NCBI GenBank assembly: GCA_024102635.1
Contig: JAGFJO010000148.1
Coordinates: 1-31,180 of the forward strand
DNA: 31,180 nucleotides
DNA from: Deltaproteobacteria bacterium
GTDB lineage: Bacteria > Bdellovibrionota_C > UBA2361 > JAGFJO01
Direction of reading: 5' to 3'
Below are positions 23,549 to 31,180 of this stretch, piece after piece. The notes below the pieces were generated by a model, which worked only from the letters and a program-made list of their open reading frames with translations, was not told the origin of the DNA and made no database searches. Position numbers and translations under genes: made by a program. Position 1 is the stretch's first letter; the number at the start of each line of letters is the position of its first letter.

Positions 23549-25501
23549 CTACGCCGCAACGGGTTCAAGAGCCGGCCTTGGAATATTTTCGTAAGGTACA
23601 AAACTTATAGAGCCCCCTGTCAATACCGCTAAGAGCGGTGTGTTCTTCGGAACGCTCCCCGACAAGATGGCATCGGAGAGGGTGTCCAGAAGATAGTGCT
23701 CGACCGCGCGCCGTAGTGGACGCGCTCCATACTCACGGTCAAATCCCTTTTTTAGTAAGAACGCGGCGACATCGGGAGTGACCTCCACTTGGTAACCTAC
23801 ACGCGCGGCGTTCTGGGAGAATATCTCCAGCTCCCGTTTCAATATCGCAGCACACTGAATCTCATCCAGCGAACGGAATACCAAAACTTCGTCGAGGCGG
23901 TTTATCAGTTCAGGGCGCCAGCTCTGATGCAGTTTATCTAGCATGCGTTGTTTGGTGTACTCATGTCCTCCGTCGGTGCGCGAGATTCCGGCCGCAAGGC
24001 CGAACGGCTGACGGTTCGCTTCTTCGACTCCTAAGTTTGAGGTCATAATGAAAAGGACGTTCTTGCAGCTCACCCTTCTCCCCTGGCCATCGGTAAGCTG
24101 CCCCTCTTCAAAAGCTTGCAAAAGTATATTGAGTGCCTCCGGATGCGCTTTGTCGATCTCGTCGAGCAGCACCACAGCATAAGGCTTACGCCGTATAGCC
24201 TCAGTTAGCTGCCCGCCTTGATCATGGCCAACATATCCTGGGGGAGAACCGATAAGTCGGGATACATTGTGCTTCTCCATATACTCCGACATATCAAACT
24301 GAATTAGCGCGTTGGCGTCACCGAACAGGTGATGAGCCAATCTTTTACATAGATGTGTCTTGCCGACCCCGGTAGGCCCGAGCGCCAGGAATGCGCCGAT
24401 CGGACGGTTGGGGTCCCTGAGCCCGGCACGCGCCCGCATTAACGCTTTTGAGATCGTCGAAACTGCTTCGGATTGCCCGATAACCTCGGAATTAAGATTC
24501 GACTCAAGCTCGATATAGCGGCTTGCTTCTTCTGCATTAATCGACTGCACCGGAACTCCGGAGATGTTGGCTAAGACCTCAGACACTCGTTTGGAGGTTA
24601 AAGTCCTCTCCTTGGCTACCTGCGCCCTTGCGGCAGCTTCGTCAAGCACATCAATCGCCTTGTCAGGCATGAACCTTGCGGGAATGTAACGCTGCGCGCC
24701 GTGAACCGCACTCGTAATAATCTCATCTGAAATTTTTATACCGTGATGGCGTTCGAGCTTCGATTTGAGTCCTCGGCAGATCTTGATTGTGTCATCAACC
24801 GACGGCTCCGGAACATCGACCGGCTGAAAGCGGCGAGCCATTGCGGCATCGCTCTCGAAGTACTTGCGGTACTCGTTATAGGTAGTTGCTCCAATGCACT
24901 GAACCTCTCCGCGTGCAAGCAGCGGCTTTAACATATTGGAGAGGTCCATTCCGCCCTTTGCCGCGCCGGCTCCGATGACGGTATGAAGCTCATCAATAAA
25001 AAGTATTACGTCCTTCGCTTCCAGCACTTCCTGTATTACCGTCTTAAGCCTCTCTTCAAATTGTCCGCGGTACATAGTTCCCGCGAGCATCGCGGTTACA
25101 TCAAGGGCGCAAACCCGCTTGCCTTCGAGAAACGGGATCTCTCCTGAAGCAATTTTTTGCGCCAATCCTTCCACGATAGCGGTTTTCCCGACTCCTGCAT
25201 CGCCCAGCAGTACCGGATTACACTTACCCTTTCGGAGGAGCACTTGAATCATCCGTTCAAGCTGCTCCTCTCTCCCGATCATCGGATCGAGCCGCCCTTC
25301 AGCGGCCAGTTTTGTCAGATCACGGCTGAAGCCGTCAAGCGCAGGGGTAGGTTTACGCTTCGGCTCCACCTTGACGGGAATTTTCTGAGAGCCGCTGTCG
25401 ACGTAATCGATGTCGATATTTTTCTTAGATTGCGACGAATTTTTGTTGTGCTTTGGGTCACGATTGGATCCCTTGCCGGGACCGAATGATTGCGATGCCA
25501 T
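23549..25501 (-). CDS. ClpA/ClpB-family two-ring AAA+ ATPase lacking the Clp N-domain, with a basic low-complexity N-terminus.
   Basis: Walker A of the first AAA+ module is 'LLGDAGVGKTAIVEGL' with Walker B 'ILFIDELH'. Walker A of the second module is 'GPTGVGKTHL' with Walker B 'VVLLDEIDKAHP'. A 'PFGL' loop sits at the ClpP-docking position. The roughly 70-aa N-terminus is rich in Lys/Ser/Asn. Confidence 0.85.
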   Translation of the reverse strand: MASQSFGPGKGSNRDPKHNKNSSQSKKNIDIDYVDSGSQKIPVKVEPKRKPTPALDGFSRDLTKLAAEGRLDPMIGREEQLERMIQVLLRKGKCNPVLLGDAGVGKTAIVEGLAQKIASGEIPFLEGKRVCALDVTAMLAGTMYRGQFEERLKTVIQEVLEAKDVILFIDELHTVIGAGAAKGGMDLSNMLKPLLARGEVQCIGATTYNEYRKYFESDAAMARRFQPVDVPEPSVDDTIKICRGLKSKLERHHGIKISDEIITSAVHGAQRYIPARFMPDKAIDVLDEAAARAQVAKERTLTSKRVSEVLANISGVPVQSINAEEASRYIELESNLNSEVIGQSEAVSTISKALMRARAGLRDPNRPIGAFLALGPTGVGKTHLCKRLAHHLFGDANALIQFDMSEYMEKHNVSRLIGSPPGYVGHDQGGQLTEAIRRKPYAVVLLDEIDKAHPEALNILLQAFEEGQLTDGQGRRVSCKNVLFIMTSNLGVEEANRQPFGLAAGISRTDGGHEYTKQRMLDKLHQSWRPELINRLDEVLVFRSLDEIQCAAILKRELEIFSQNAARVGYQVEVTPDVAAFLLKKGFDREYGARPLRRAVEHYLLDTLSDAILSGSVPKNTPLLAVLTGGSISFVPYENIPRPALEPVAA

Positions 25502-25785
25502 AGATATCCTCTCGGCGAGCTTGTGGGTGAGTCGGGCCGCGAGCCCTTTCGAGAGATGAAAACCGGAAGAAAACCTGCTCGCAGCCGTTGAGATGCTGGA
25601 TCACGGTGAACGTTGCTTGCAAATAGCCTTAATTTTGAGGAGGTGTCTATTCATCGCGATTTCAGTAACTTAGAGAGCCGATAAACCCAAGTGCTGCATA
25701 TCGGAAAGGTGGAATTAAGCTATCAGGAGTGGGAAAATCTGCGTGAGGGGGAACTTTAATTCCGGTTTTTTGAAAGGGTTTTGCC

Positions 25786-26169
25786 ATGGGATCAAAGAAG
25801 AAGCGGGAGAGAGATCGCCGCCAGCGGCAGGCAGAAGTGCGACAGCGCTTCGAGCAGGAGCAGCAGCAGCGCGCAGACCAGAATCTGCTTGCAAATGACC
25901 TTCTGAGTCAGTTCTATGCTGTCTTTGGGGAGCACTCTGCGGAGATTCTGAAGATGGCCTCGAAAGGGAGCAGCCCGGAAGAGATCGCTGAGAAGCTGGG
26001 TATGGATCTCGCTCAGGCAGAGAAGGCGGTGGAGGCCTTTTGCAGGCTGCCGCCCAAGATTGTGGATCTGCTCGAACGCGCGCCAACCCTTCTGCAAAAG
26101 GGTGACGAAGTTCGCTCAATGATCCGCTCCCACCTCCGCGCCGCGCGGCAGCAGCGCCGGCCCTGGTAG
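25786..26169 (+). CDS. Small basic hypothetical protein with an HTH-like segment (sigma region-4-like).
   Basis: It has an Arg/Gln-rich N-terminus. 'SPEEIAEKLGMDLAQAEKAVEAF' looks like a helix-turn-helix. The locus is GC-rich (about 60%). The overlapping minus-strand ORFs are Arg/Pro/Ala-rich off-frame artefacts. Confidence 0.45.
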   Translation: MGSKKKRERDRRQRQAEVRQRFEQEQQQRADQNLLANDLLSQFYAVFGEHSAEILKMASKGSSPEEIAEKLGMDLAQAEKAVEAFCRLPPKIVDLLERAPTLLQKGDEVRSMIRSHLRAARQQRRPW

Positions 26170-26180
26170 GCGGTTCGTGT

Positions 26181-26210
26181 TGCCGGCTCTGCAAGGATGC
26201 AGAGCCGGCA
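26181..26210. terminator. Perfect 13-bp GC-rich inverted repeat (4-nt loop) between convergent genes. Probably a bidirectional terminator or REP-like palindrome.
   Basis: The sequence is tgccggctctgca-agga-tgcagagccggca, with no strong T tract on either side. Confidence 0.45.
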
Positions 26211-26269
26211 CGCATTTAAAGGTATGTGCCCCCTATTTTCTAATACTCTGTCGGACGGCGGGATCTTCT

Positions 26270-27145
26270 CTATAGTGCTAATCCCAATTCGAGAGGTGTA
26301 TCCATTTTTATTAGGCTCCGGTAGCGCTCTTCACATACTTTCAAGCGTGCTGCTCGCAAAGTGTCGTGAGCCGCTTCGGAAGTAACCTCACCTTTCGCCT
26401 CACGGGCGCCGGCAAAAGCAGCGTCAATCACGGGTTTGGGCGCCGTTCGAAATTCAGAGCGTATTGCGACTTCTTTGAAAGAGATCTGCTCCCCCGTGAG
26501 GCAGTCCTTTAGGCATCTAATGTCATGCTCTTGAGAAAAAGATTGAAGCGATTCAATAAGCGAGCGAACATCCACTGAAGATCCAAAGTGGAAGTCAGGC
26601 GGAAGCAAATAGTAGTTTTGGAGTACTGCACCATAGTCCAGGTCCCACTGTCTGCAAAAAAGAGAGCTGCCGGTATTACGGCCGTTGCCGCTATCTACCG
26701 GAAGGCCGTATGGCGAAATACTATGCTCTACTAAGCATCCCCAGTGATCCGGAGCGCTGAGGCGGGCCGTAAGAAGATTCAGCTGAGCCTCTAGCACTTC
26801 CTTTGAAAAATTATAGATAAAACCGACTTCACGGGGAGTAGGAGCGACTGACTGTGTATGCGACGGCAACTGCAGGGCGGCAGCCGCTTGATAATAATCT
26901 TTATGGTGACGTTCGAGCTGCTCGTCGGTTACAAGGAACGCATCTGCCGAAGATCTAACACCTTTTCCTCCCGGGATAAGGCTTCGCAGTGCGCCGTTCG
27001 AGGCAACCTCTCTTAGAATAGCCTCGAGATGGCCGGAATCAAGACCATTGTCAGCGGCACTCCCAGTTACCTCCGAGGTATCAAAAATGCCCGAATCTTG
27101 GGGCTTTTTCTCGATTTTTGCCATCTCTTTGCCGCTTGCCTCCAA
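26270..27145 (-). CDS. Hypothetical cytoplasmic protein (291 aa), second gene of a 2-gene operon.
   Basis: It is a clean ORF lying 38 nt downstream of the 27184 gene. I see no recognisable motifs. Confidence 0.5.
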   Translation of the reverse strand: MEASGKEMAKIEKKPQDSGIFDTSEVTGSAADNGLDSGHLEAILREVASNGALRSLIPGGKGVRSSADAFLVTDEQLERHHKDYYQAAAALQLPSHTQSVAPTPREVGFIYNFSKEVLEAQLNLLTARLSAPDHWGCLVEHSISPYGLPVDSGNGRNTGSSLFCRQWDLDYGAVLQNYYLLPPDFHFGSSVDVRSLIESLQSFSQEHDIRCLKDCLTGEQISFKEVAIRSEFRTAPKPVIDAAFAGAREAKGEVTSEAAHDTLRAARLKVCEERYRSLIKMDTPLELGLAL

Positions 27146-27183
27146 TTAGTATCGGGCAATTAGAAGTATATTGATACATCTAT

Positions 27184-28293
27184 TTAAGGTTGATTGATAT
27201 GGTTTCTACCGCTCTGGAGCTCAAGTGCCCTCCTTAGATTTTCCAGTGCACCGGATGGCACCTGTTCGGCACTTCCGGCTGCCGCTATCGCTTCAAGTGA
27301 AGAGATAAGTTCCGGACCGGCGATTGATCGCGGCCCCGCCGATTCAAGAGATGTTTTGAGCGCTCGCGCTGCGCTGCGGACCTGCGTCAGTCCTTCGGCT
27401 GAAGCAATCATCTCATTGAAAGTTTCTCTCTCATAATTAGCACGCCCGGCCGGATGAAGTCGCGGCGTCTTGTCACGCTCCAAAAGCGAATTATAGGTGA
27501 TTAGCCATGCGGTTGCCGGTGAGGCGCTGGCCACCCGCTTTTCTAGATCTTGTAAGGCCCGCAGCGGAGGTTGACTCGATGTTCCGCTGTGCATCTCCCT
27601 TAAGGCGCTCCCGAGGTCCATGAGAGAAGGCATCAAACGCTGAGAGAGATCGTCCGGATCTTTTGCGCTCTGAATCTCTTTTATCCCCGAGAGCACTCTT
27701 TTCTCAAGCTCATTTGGTTCCTTGCCCGCTTGGTGGAATCTACTCTCAAAAAGCGGCAGAGCAAGGGTCGCCGCATTCTTTAATCCGAGGAATTCGTTTC
27801 TGTTATAGATTCCGATGACAGGTGGAGCGCCAGGCTTTACGCGCTTCTCGGCAACAGGCGTCGCGCTCGTTCCGGCGGCGCCCAATGCACTATGGTAGAG
27901 CGAGAGACCGCTGCGGGCAGCATCTAAACTAGTGCCGTATGCTTCAAGCTGAGGGGTGGAAGGTGACTCAGAAAGGCCCTTCTCAATATGCGAAATCAGA
28001 CGGTCGAAGCTGCTCCGCTCGTCTCTCCATTCACCAGCAGTGGCGTTGTTTGTACCGGGACGCGAAAAATGCCTGTCGATCATTTCCATTGTAGATCGCA
28101 GCGCCCCGATCTCCTGGTTCACTCGGGCTGGGGTCCATTCCTTTTTCAGGTCGGGAGAACGATCGGGTTGTGCGGCCGCTGGTGCGCCGTTATCCGGCAT
28201 TGGCGCCTCTCCCTTTTCGGCTGCGAATAATGCCGCATTAAGTGAGAGCGCTCCTCCTACAATGATCGCCTTGGCAGACTCTATGCCTTTCAT
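27184..28293 (-). CDS. Secreted alpha-helical hypothetical protein (369 aa).
   Basis: The signal peptide is 'MKGIESAKAIIVGGALSLNAALFAAE'. The mature part is rich in Ala/Leu/Ser/Glu/Arg and predicted helical. Confidence 0.5.
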   Translation of the reverse strand: MKGIESAKAIIVGGALSLNAALFAAEKGEAPMPDNGAPAAAQPDRSPDLKKEWTPARVNQEIGALRSTMEMIDRHFSRPGTNNATAGEWRDERSSFDRLISHIEKGLSESPSTPQLEAYGTSLDAARSGLSLYHSALGAAGTSATPVAEKRVKPGAPPVIGIYNRNEFLGLKNAATLALPLFESRFHQAGKEPNELEKRVLSGIKEIQSAKDPDDLSQRLMPSLMDLGSALREMHSGTSSQPPLRALQDLEKRVASASPATAWLITYNSLLERDKTPRLHPAGRANYERETFNEMIASAEGLTQVRSAARALKTSLESAGPRSIAGPELISSLEAIAAAGSAEQVPSGALENLRRALELQSGRNHINQP

Positions 28294-28530
28294 CTCCCGC
28301 CCAACTAGACAGAGCTATACAGAGAAAGTTATGGGACATAATATCAGCAAGTCTCATAAAATCGTGAATCATCATCAGTTTGTTGAGATATATCGCTGCT
28401 GTTCGCTCACTGACCGGTGTTGCGCTCCGCTGCTTAGGAGTAGATTGCGCAGCAAATTCAGGCTGATAACCCTTGGAATTTCTCAAATCTATTAGGCATC
28501 GCGGAATGCGGGGCGGCATCCAAACAAAGG

Positions 28531-29520
28531 ATGAGAAACCTAATAAGACTGCCGATCTTGCTCCTCGTAATAGCAGCCTGGCGGGAGGATGTTAATGCAA
28601 AGCCAAAGCTGCCGGCACCCAAGATCTCGAGAATCGAGTATAAAGCGGCGAGCGATGCGTTAGATCTCCGTTGGCAATCAACCTCGAATGGCAAGTTCGA
28701 GATAGTGATCTCGGGTGCGGAACAAGGCGTTATATTCAGCAAGCGCAGCAAGTCGCGAAGACTTACTATTCAGCCCGACGTATTCAGTGAAGGGCAGAGT
28801 TATTCGGTAAGAATTAGAGCGCTGGCAGTTGGCGGATTCGCCGCATCGAAGGCGCGCTCGAAAAGTTTCACCTTTAGTACGCGCGTTAAGACCGCACAGC
28901 TCGAGGCGCGGCTCAAAACGGAGAACTCGACCGGCCGAAGCGGAAGTTACTTTCTGCCTAAAAATTACAGGTTGAAGAGCTTGCCGCTAATGGTAGTGCT
29001 GCACGGCAGTTCGATTGAGGGTGAAACCATCCTAAAGATATTTAAAATGCATGCCAAAGCAGGGCAGTTCTTTATCCTGGCTCCTGACTCTGTAAATGAG
29101 TGGGGCTGGGAGATATCAACGGACACTCCTACCGAAGACCAGCTGCATATTGGCCGCTCTCTGCAGGAGTTTCTCGAGCTGCCTCATTTATCGATCAACA
29201 CAGATAAAGTGATGATCGCTGGAGTCTCAGCCGGCGGCACCGTCGCGTCATTTATTGGAAGTAGAAATGAACTATTTACCCACATTGCAGTTCTGCATGG
29301 CGGAGCTGGATTGAGCTTTATAGGAGATCATCGCGCTCCGTTCTGGCTTTCAACCGGTACCCAAGACACCCTGAGGCCGCCCGGCGAAGTAAGCGGTTAT
29401 ACGGAGCCGCTCAAGGTTTTAGGGTTTAGCCCGGTTTCCTACAGCGAGTTTGCCGGTGGGCACGAGGTGCCTGAGGCTGAGCGCAGCGCCCTTATAGAGT
29501 GGTGGCTGGGGAGCGAATAG
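28531..29520 (+). CDS. Secreted alpha/beta-hydrolase esterase (PHB-depolymerase/dienelactone-hydrolase-like) with an N-terminal beta-sandwich (FN3-like) domain.
   Basis: A signal peptide is followed by a beta-rich domain of about 110 aa. The catalytic part has 'LMVVLHGSS', the nucleophile elbow 'IAGVSAGGTV', and 'LHGGAG...GTQDT'. Confidence 0.7.
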   Translation: MRNLIRLPILLLVIAAWREDVNAKPKLPAPKISRIEYKAASDALDLRWQSTSNGKFEIVISGAEQGVIFSKRSKSRRLTIQPDVFSEGQSYSVRIRALAVGGFAASKARSKSFTFSTRVKTAQLEARLKTENSTGRSGSYFLPKNYRLKSLPLMVVLHGSSIEGETILKIFKMHAKAGQFFILAPDSVNEWGWEISTDTPTEDQLHIGRSLQEFLELPHLSINTDKVMIAGVSAGGTVASFIGSRNELFTHIAVLHGGAGLSFIGDHRAPFWLSTGTQDTLRPPGEVSGYTEPLKVLGFSPVSYSEFAGGHEVPEAERSALIEWWLGSE

Positions 29521-29546
29521 CCGTATAGGGACGGGGTGACGCAGGA

Positions 29547-30791
29547 TTAAAGATGCGTTTCGCTACTATCAACGAAGTCTTGCAGCTGATGGCGGCGCTT
29601 TGGCGAGCCTAAACTCGCAAGGGCTTTCTTCTCAATCTGCCGTATCCGCTCTTTGGTAACTCCATGCCGTATTCCGGCTTCCTCTAAGGTCATAGGCTTA
29701 GTGCCGAAAAGGCCAAAGCGCTCTACGATCACATTGCGATCGCGCTCATCTAGAGTATCTAAAACGGCCTTTAATCTATCAGCGAGAGCCGCAGCATCTA
29801 ACTGCGTACCTAATTCCACTTGATTTTTGCCGTCCTCCAGGATCTCTTCAAGCGTAACTTCGTTTCCATAAGAAGCATCGATTGAATGTACCTTGGGAGC
29901 GTTAAGTGCCAACTCGACCCTTGACGGAAGCAGTTTCGCCCTTTGTGCAATCTCTTGTGTGGTAGGCTCCCGGCGTAGTTCCGTGCGTAGAGTGTCCTGA
30001 GCCTTGGACACTTTATTTCGGGCATCCCGTACATATACCGGAATACGGACCGTATCGGGCTGGTCTGCGAGCGCACGCATAATTGACTGCCTTATCCACC
30101 AAGTGGCGTATGTAGAGAACTTATAGCCTCGATCCACGTCAAACTTCTCTGTGGCGTGCATTAATCCTATGTGACCTTCACTTATGACATCCAAGAAATC
30201 CAAGCCTCTATTCCTGTACTTCTTAGCGACTGAAACAACCAAGCGAAGATTCGCGCTTGCTAAGCTCTGCCGGGCGCGATCATACTCGCCGCCTATCTCT
30301 TCGATAAGTTCGATTGTGTCGGCCAGGGTCTTGCTGGAATGCCCAAACGCTTTCATCAGATTGAAGTATTCTAAGCGCTGATCTGAAGCGATAGGGGAAT
30401 TCGATCTACTTTGCAATTCAAAGCCGTTGAGCGCATTGCTTCTTGAGCGCAAGACCTCTTCAAGCTTGCTCCTAACCTCGAAGATTTGAATGTGTTCTTC
30501 TCCCTCGCTAAGGAGGCGGGCCATGCGGAGGCGTCTGTTCACGATCTCCCTCCACTCCGGTTGGCAGCTGTCCGGCTCACGCCTCAGTTTTCCGGCAGGA
30601 AGATCGTAGACTCGTTCAAATATCTCATCCAGTTTGAGCCTATTCATCTTCAATATGATCTCAACTGTTTTCAGGTTCTCCTGAAAAATTGCACCCCTTA
30701 CTTTCCGTCTAATCTTCACTTGATCATCAGGATGAGTTGCGGCATTTTTGTGCGAATCTGAGTCCGGGTCGCACTCTACTTCCTGCTCCAT
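29547..30791 (-). CDS. RNA polymerase sigma-70 family factor, regions 2-4. This appears to be the 3' part of a frameshifted gene whose region 1.2 lies in ORF 30845..31144.
   Basis: Regions 2.1-2.4 are '[61 protein letters not shown]'. Region 3 and region 4.2 ('[23 protein letters not shown]') follow. Confidence 0.85.
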   Translation of the reverse strand: MEQEVECDPDSDSHKNAATHPDDQVKIRRKVRGAIFQENLKTVEIILKMNRLKLDEIFERVYDLPAGKLRREPDSCQPEWREIVNRRLRMARLLSEGEEHIQIFEVRSKLEEVLRSRSNALNGFELQSRSNSPIASDQRLEYFNLMKAFGHSSKTLADTIELIEEIGGEYDRARQSLASANLRLVVSVAKKYRNRGLDFLDVISEGHIGLMHATEKFDVDRGYKFSTYATWWIRQSIMRALADQPDTVRIPVYVRDARNKVSKAQDTLRTELRREPTTQEIAQRAKLLPSRVELALNAPKVHSIDASYGNEVTLEEILEDGKNQVELGTQLDAAALADRLKAVLDTLDERDRNVIVERFGLFGTKPMTLEEAGIRHGVTKERIRQIEKKALASLGSPKRRHQLQDFVDSSETHL

Positions 30792-30844
30792 ACCGCGCCG
30801 GATAATGTTCGCCGCTAGTTCACATGTAAATTCCGAGGCACCAA

Positions 30845-31144
30845 TTAGAAGTTGTAAGAGATGGGTCTGTGCCGTCTTGATTCGGAAGTTATTTCACGCT
30901 CATCACTGGGTGATAACACGGGGATCCTTGCCATTTCGGTGAGATGCAGCCCTAGCGCATCGCGAACAGCGGCCGCCTCGCGCCGTGACAAATCCTTGCT
31001 GTCGTATGGCTGCTCTTCGGGGTAGTTCCTCGGCGGCCGCCTATGCGGTGGCCCTTTTGCTGCGGAAGCGCCATTTTTAGATGACCCTCTACGGGCATTG
31101 AATCCGGCCGGCAGTGCAGCGTGTCTCAATGCCGAATTCAACAT
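30845..31144 (-). CDS. 5' fragment of the same sigma-70 gene (basic N-terminus plus region 1.2), in a different reading frame from regions 2-4.
   Basis: '[24 protein letters not shown]' matches sigma-70 region 1.2 (consensus DPVRMYLREMGxVPLLTREEEVxLAKRIE). Confidence 0.6.
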   Translation of the reverse strand: MLNSALRHAALPAGFNARRGSSKNGASAAKGPPHRRPPRNYPEEQPYDSKDLSRREAAAVRDALGLHLTEMARIPVLSPSDEREITSESRRHRPISYNF

Positions 31145-31180
31145 GGGTAAGCCATTATTGTCCTGTAATATAGTGGAATA

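Noticed and set aside
25715-26215. 166-aa minus-strand ORF (plus 25792..26097 -) overlapping the plus-strand 127-aa ORF
   Set aside because: Its translation is Arg/Pro/Ala/Ser/Gly low-complexity, typical of an off-frame reading of GC-rich DNA. The plus-strand ORF has an HTH-like segment and a plausible start context.
1-31180. Mobile-element, prophage or defence-island hallmarks (integrase, transposase, tRNA-adjacent att, TA pairs, restriction/CBASS/Zorya-type genes)
   Set aside because: None of the translated ORFs shows the corresponding catalytic motifs. The only compositional island is the single SGNH gene. I therefore do not claim a named defence or mobile system here.

Overview
This 31 kb window looks mostly chromosomal: about 52% GC overall (counted by eye), dense coding on both strands, and no integrase, transposase, CRISPR array or tRNA that I can see. 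In order it contains:

- **SUI1/YciH gene** (36..434 +), a translation initiation factor.
- **Tad/Flp pilus-tip operon** on the minus strand (2693->449): two TadE/TadF-like pseudopilins followed by a TadG-like vWA protein. An 11-nt T tract sits in the upstream region.
- **GC-rich Gly/Ser-rich lipoprotein gene** (3544->3041 -).
- **Unknown highly charged protein** (3942..5189 +) built from a duplicated module of about 70 aa.
- **Divergent DegT-like PLP enzyme** (5303..6526 +).
- **PlpD-type patatin autotransporter** (6672..8930 +): patatin phospholipase, POTRA domain and Omp85 barrel, i.e. type Vd secretion.
- **Truncated DUF2817/M14-like fragment** (9271..9669 +) and a putative lipoprotein (9853..10521 +).
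- **Four-gene minus-strand membrane operon** (14548->10626): a 4TM coiled-coil protein, a periplasmic vWA protein, an NfeD/YqiJ-like protein and a flotillin/SPFH protein. A small secreted protein with its own terminator lies upstream.
- **Aromatic amino-acid island** (15164..23531): a VOC/glyoxalase gene (15164..15613 +); minus-strand hppD-orfX-FAH-hmgA followed by a low-GC SGNH hydrolase gene; and a divergent plus-strand PTPS - SDR (sepiapterin-reductase-like) - phhA operon. Together this encodes Phe->Tyr->homogentisate->fumarylacetoacetate with de novo pterin cofactor synthesis.
- **ClpA-like double-ring AAA+ ATPase** (23549..25501 -) lacking the N-domain.
- **Small basic HTH-like protein** (25786..26169 +).
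- **Two unknown proteins in tandem** (28293->26270 -), one of them secreted.
- **Secreted alpha/beta-hydrolase esterase** (28531..29520 +).
- **Sigma-70 family gene** at the 3' end that appears split by a frameshift: the region 1.2 motif sits in a different frame from regions 2-4.

I could not assign any named defence or mobile system from sequence alone. The most unusual things I see are the extended flotillin operon, the orphan gene inside the tyrosine-catabolic operon, the duplicated-module protein, the low-GC SGNH insertion, the frameshifted sigma factor, and two perfect GC-rich palindromes.
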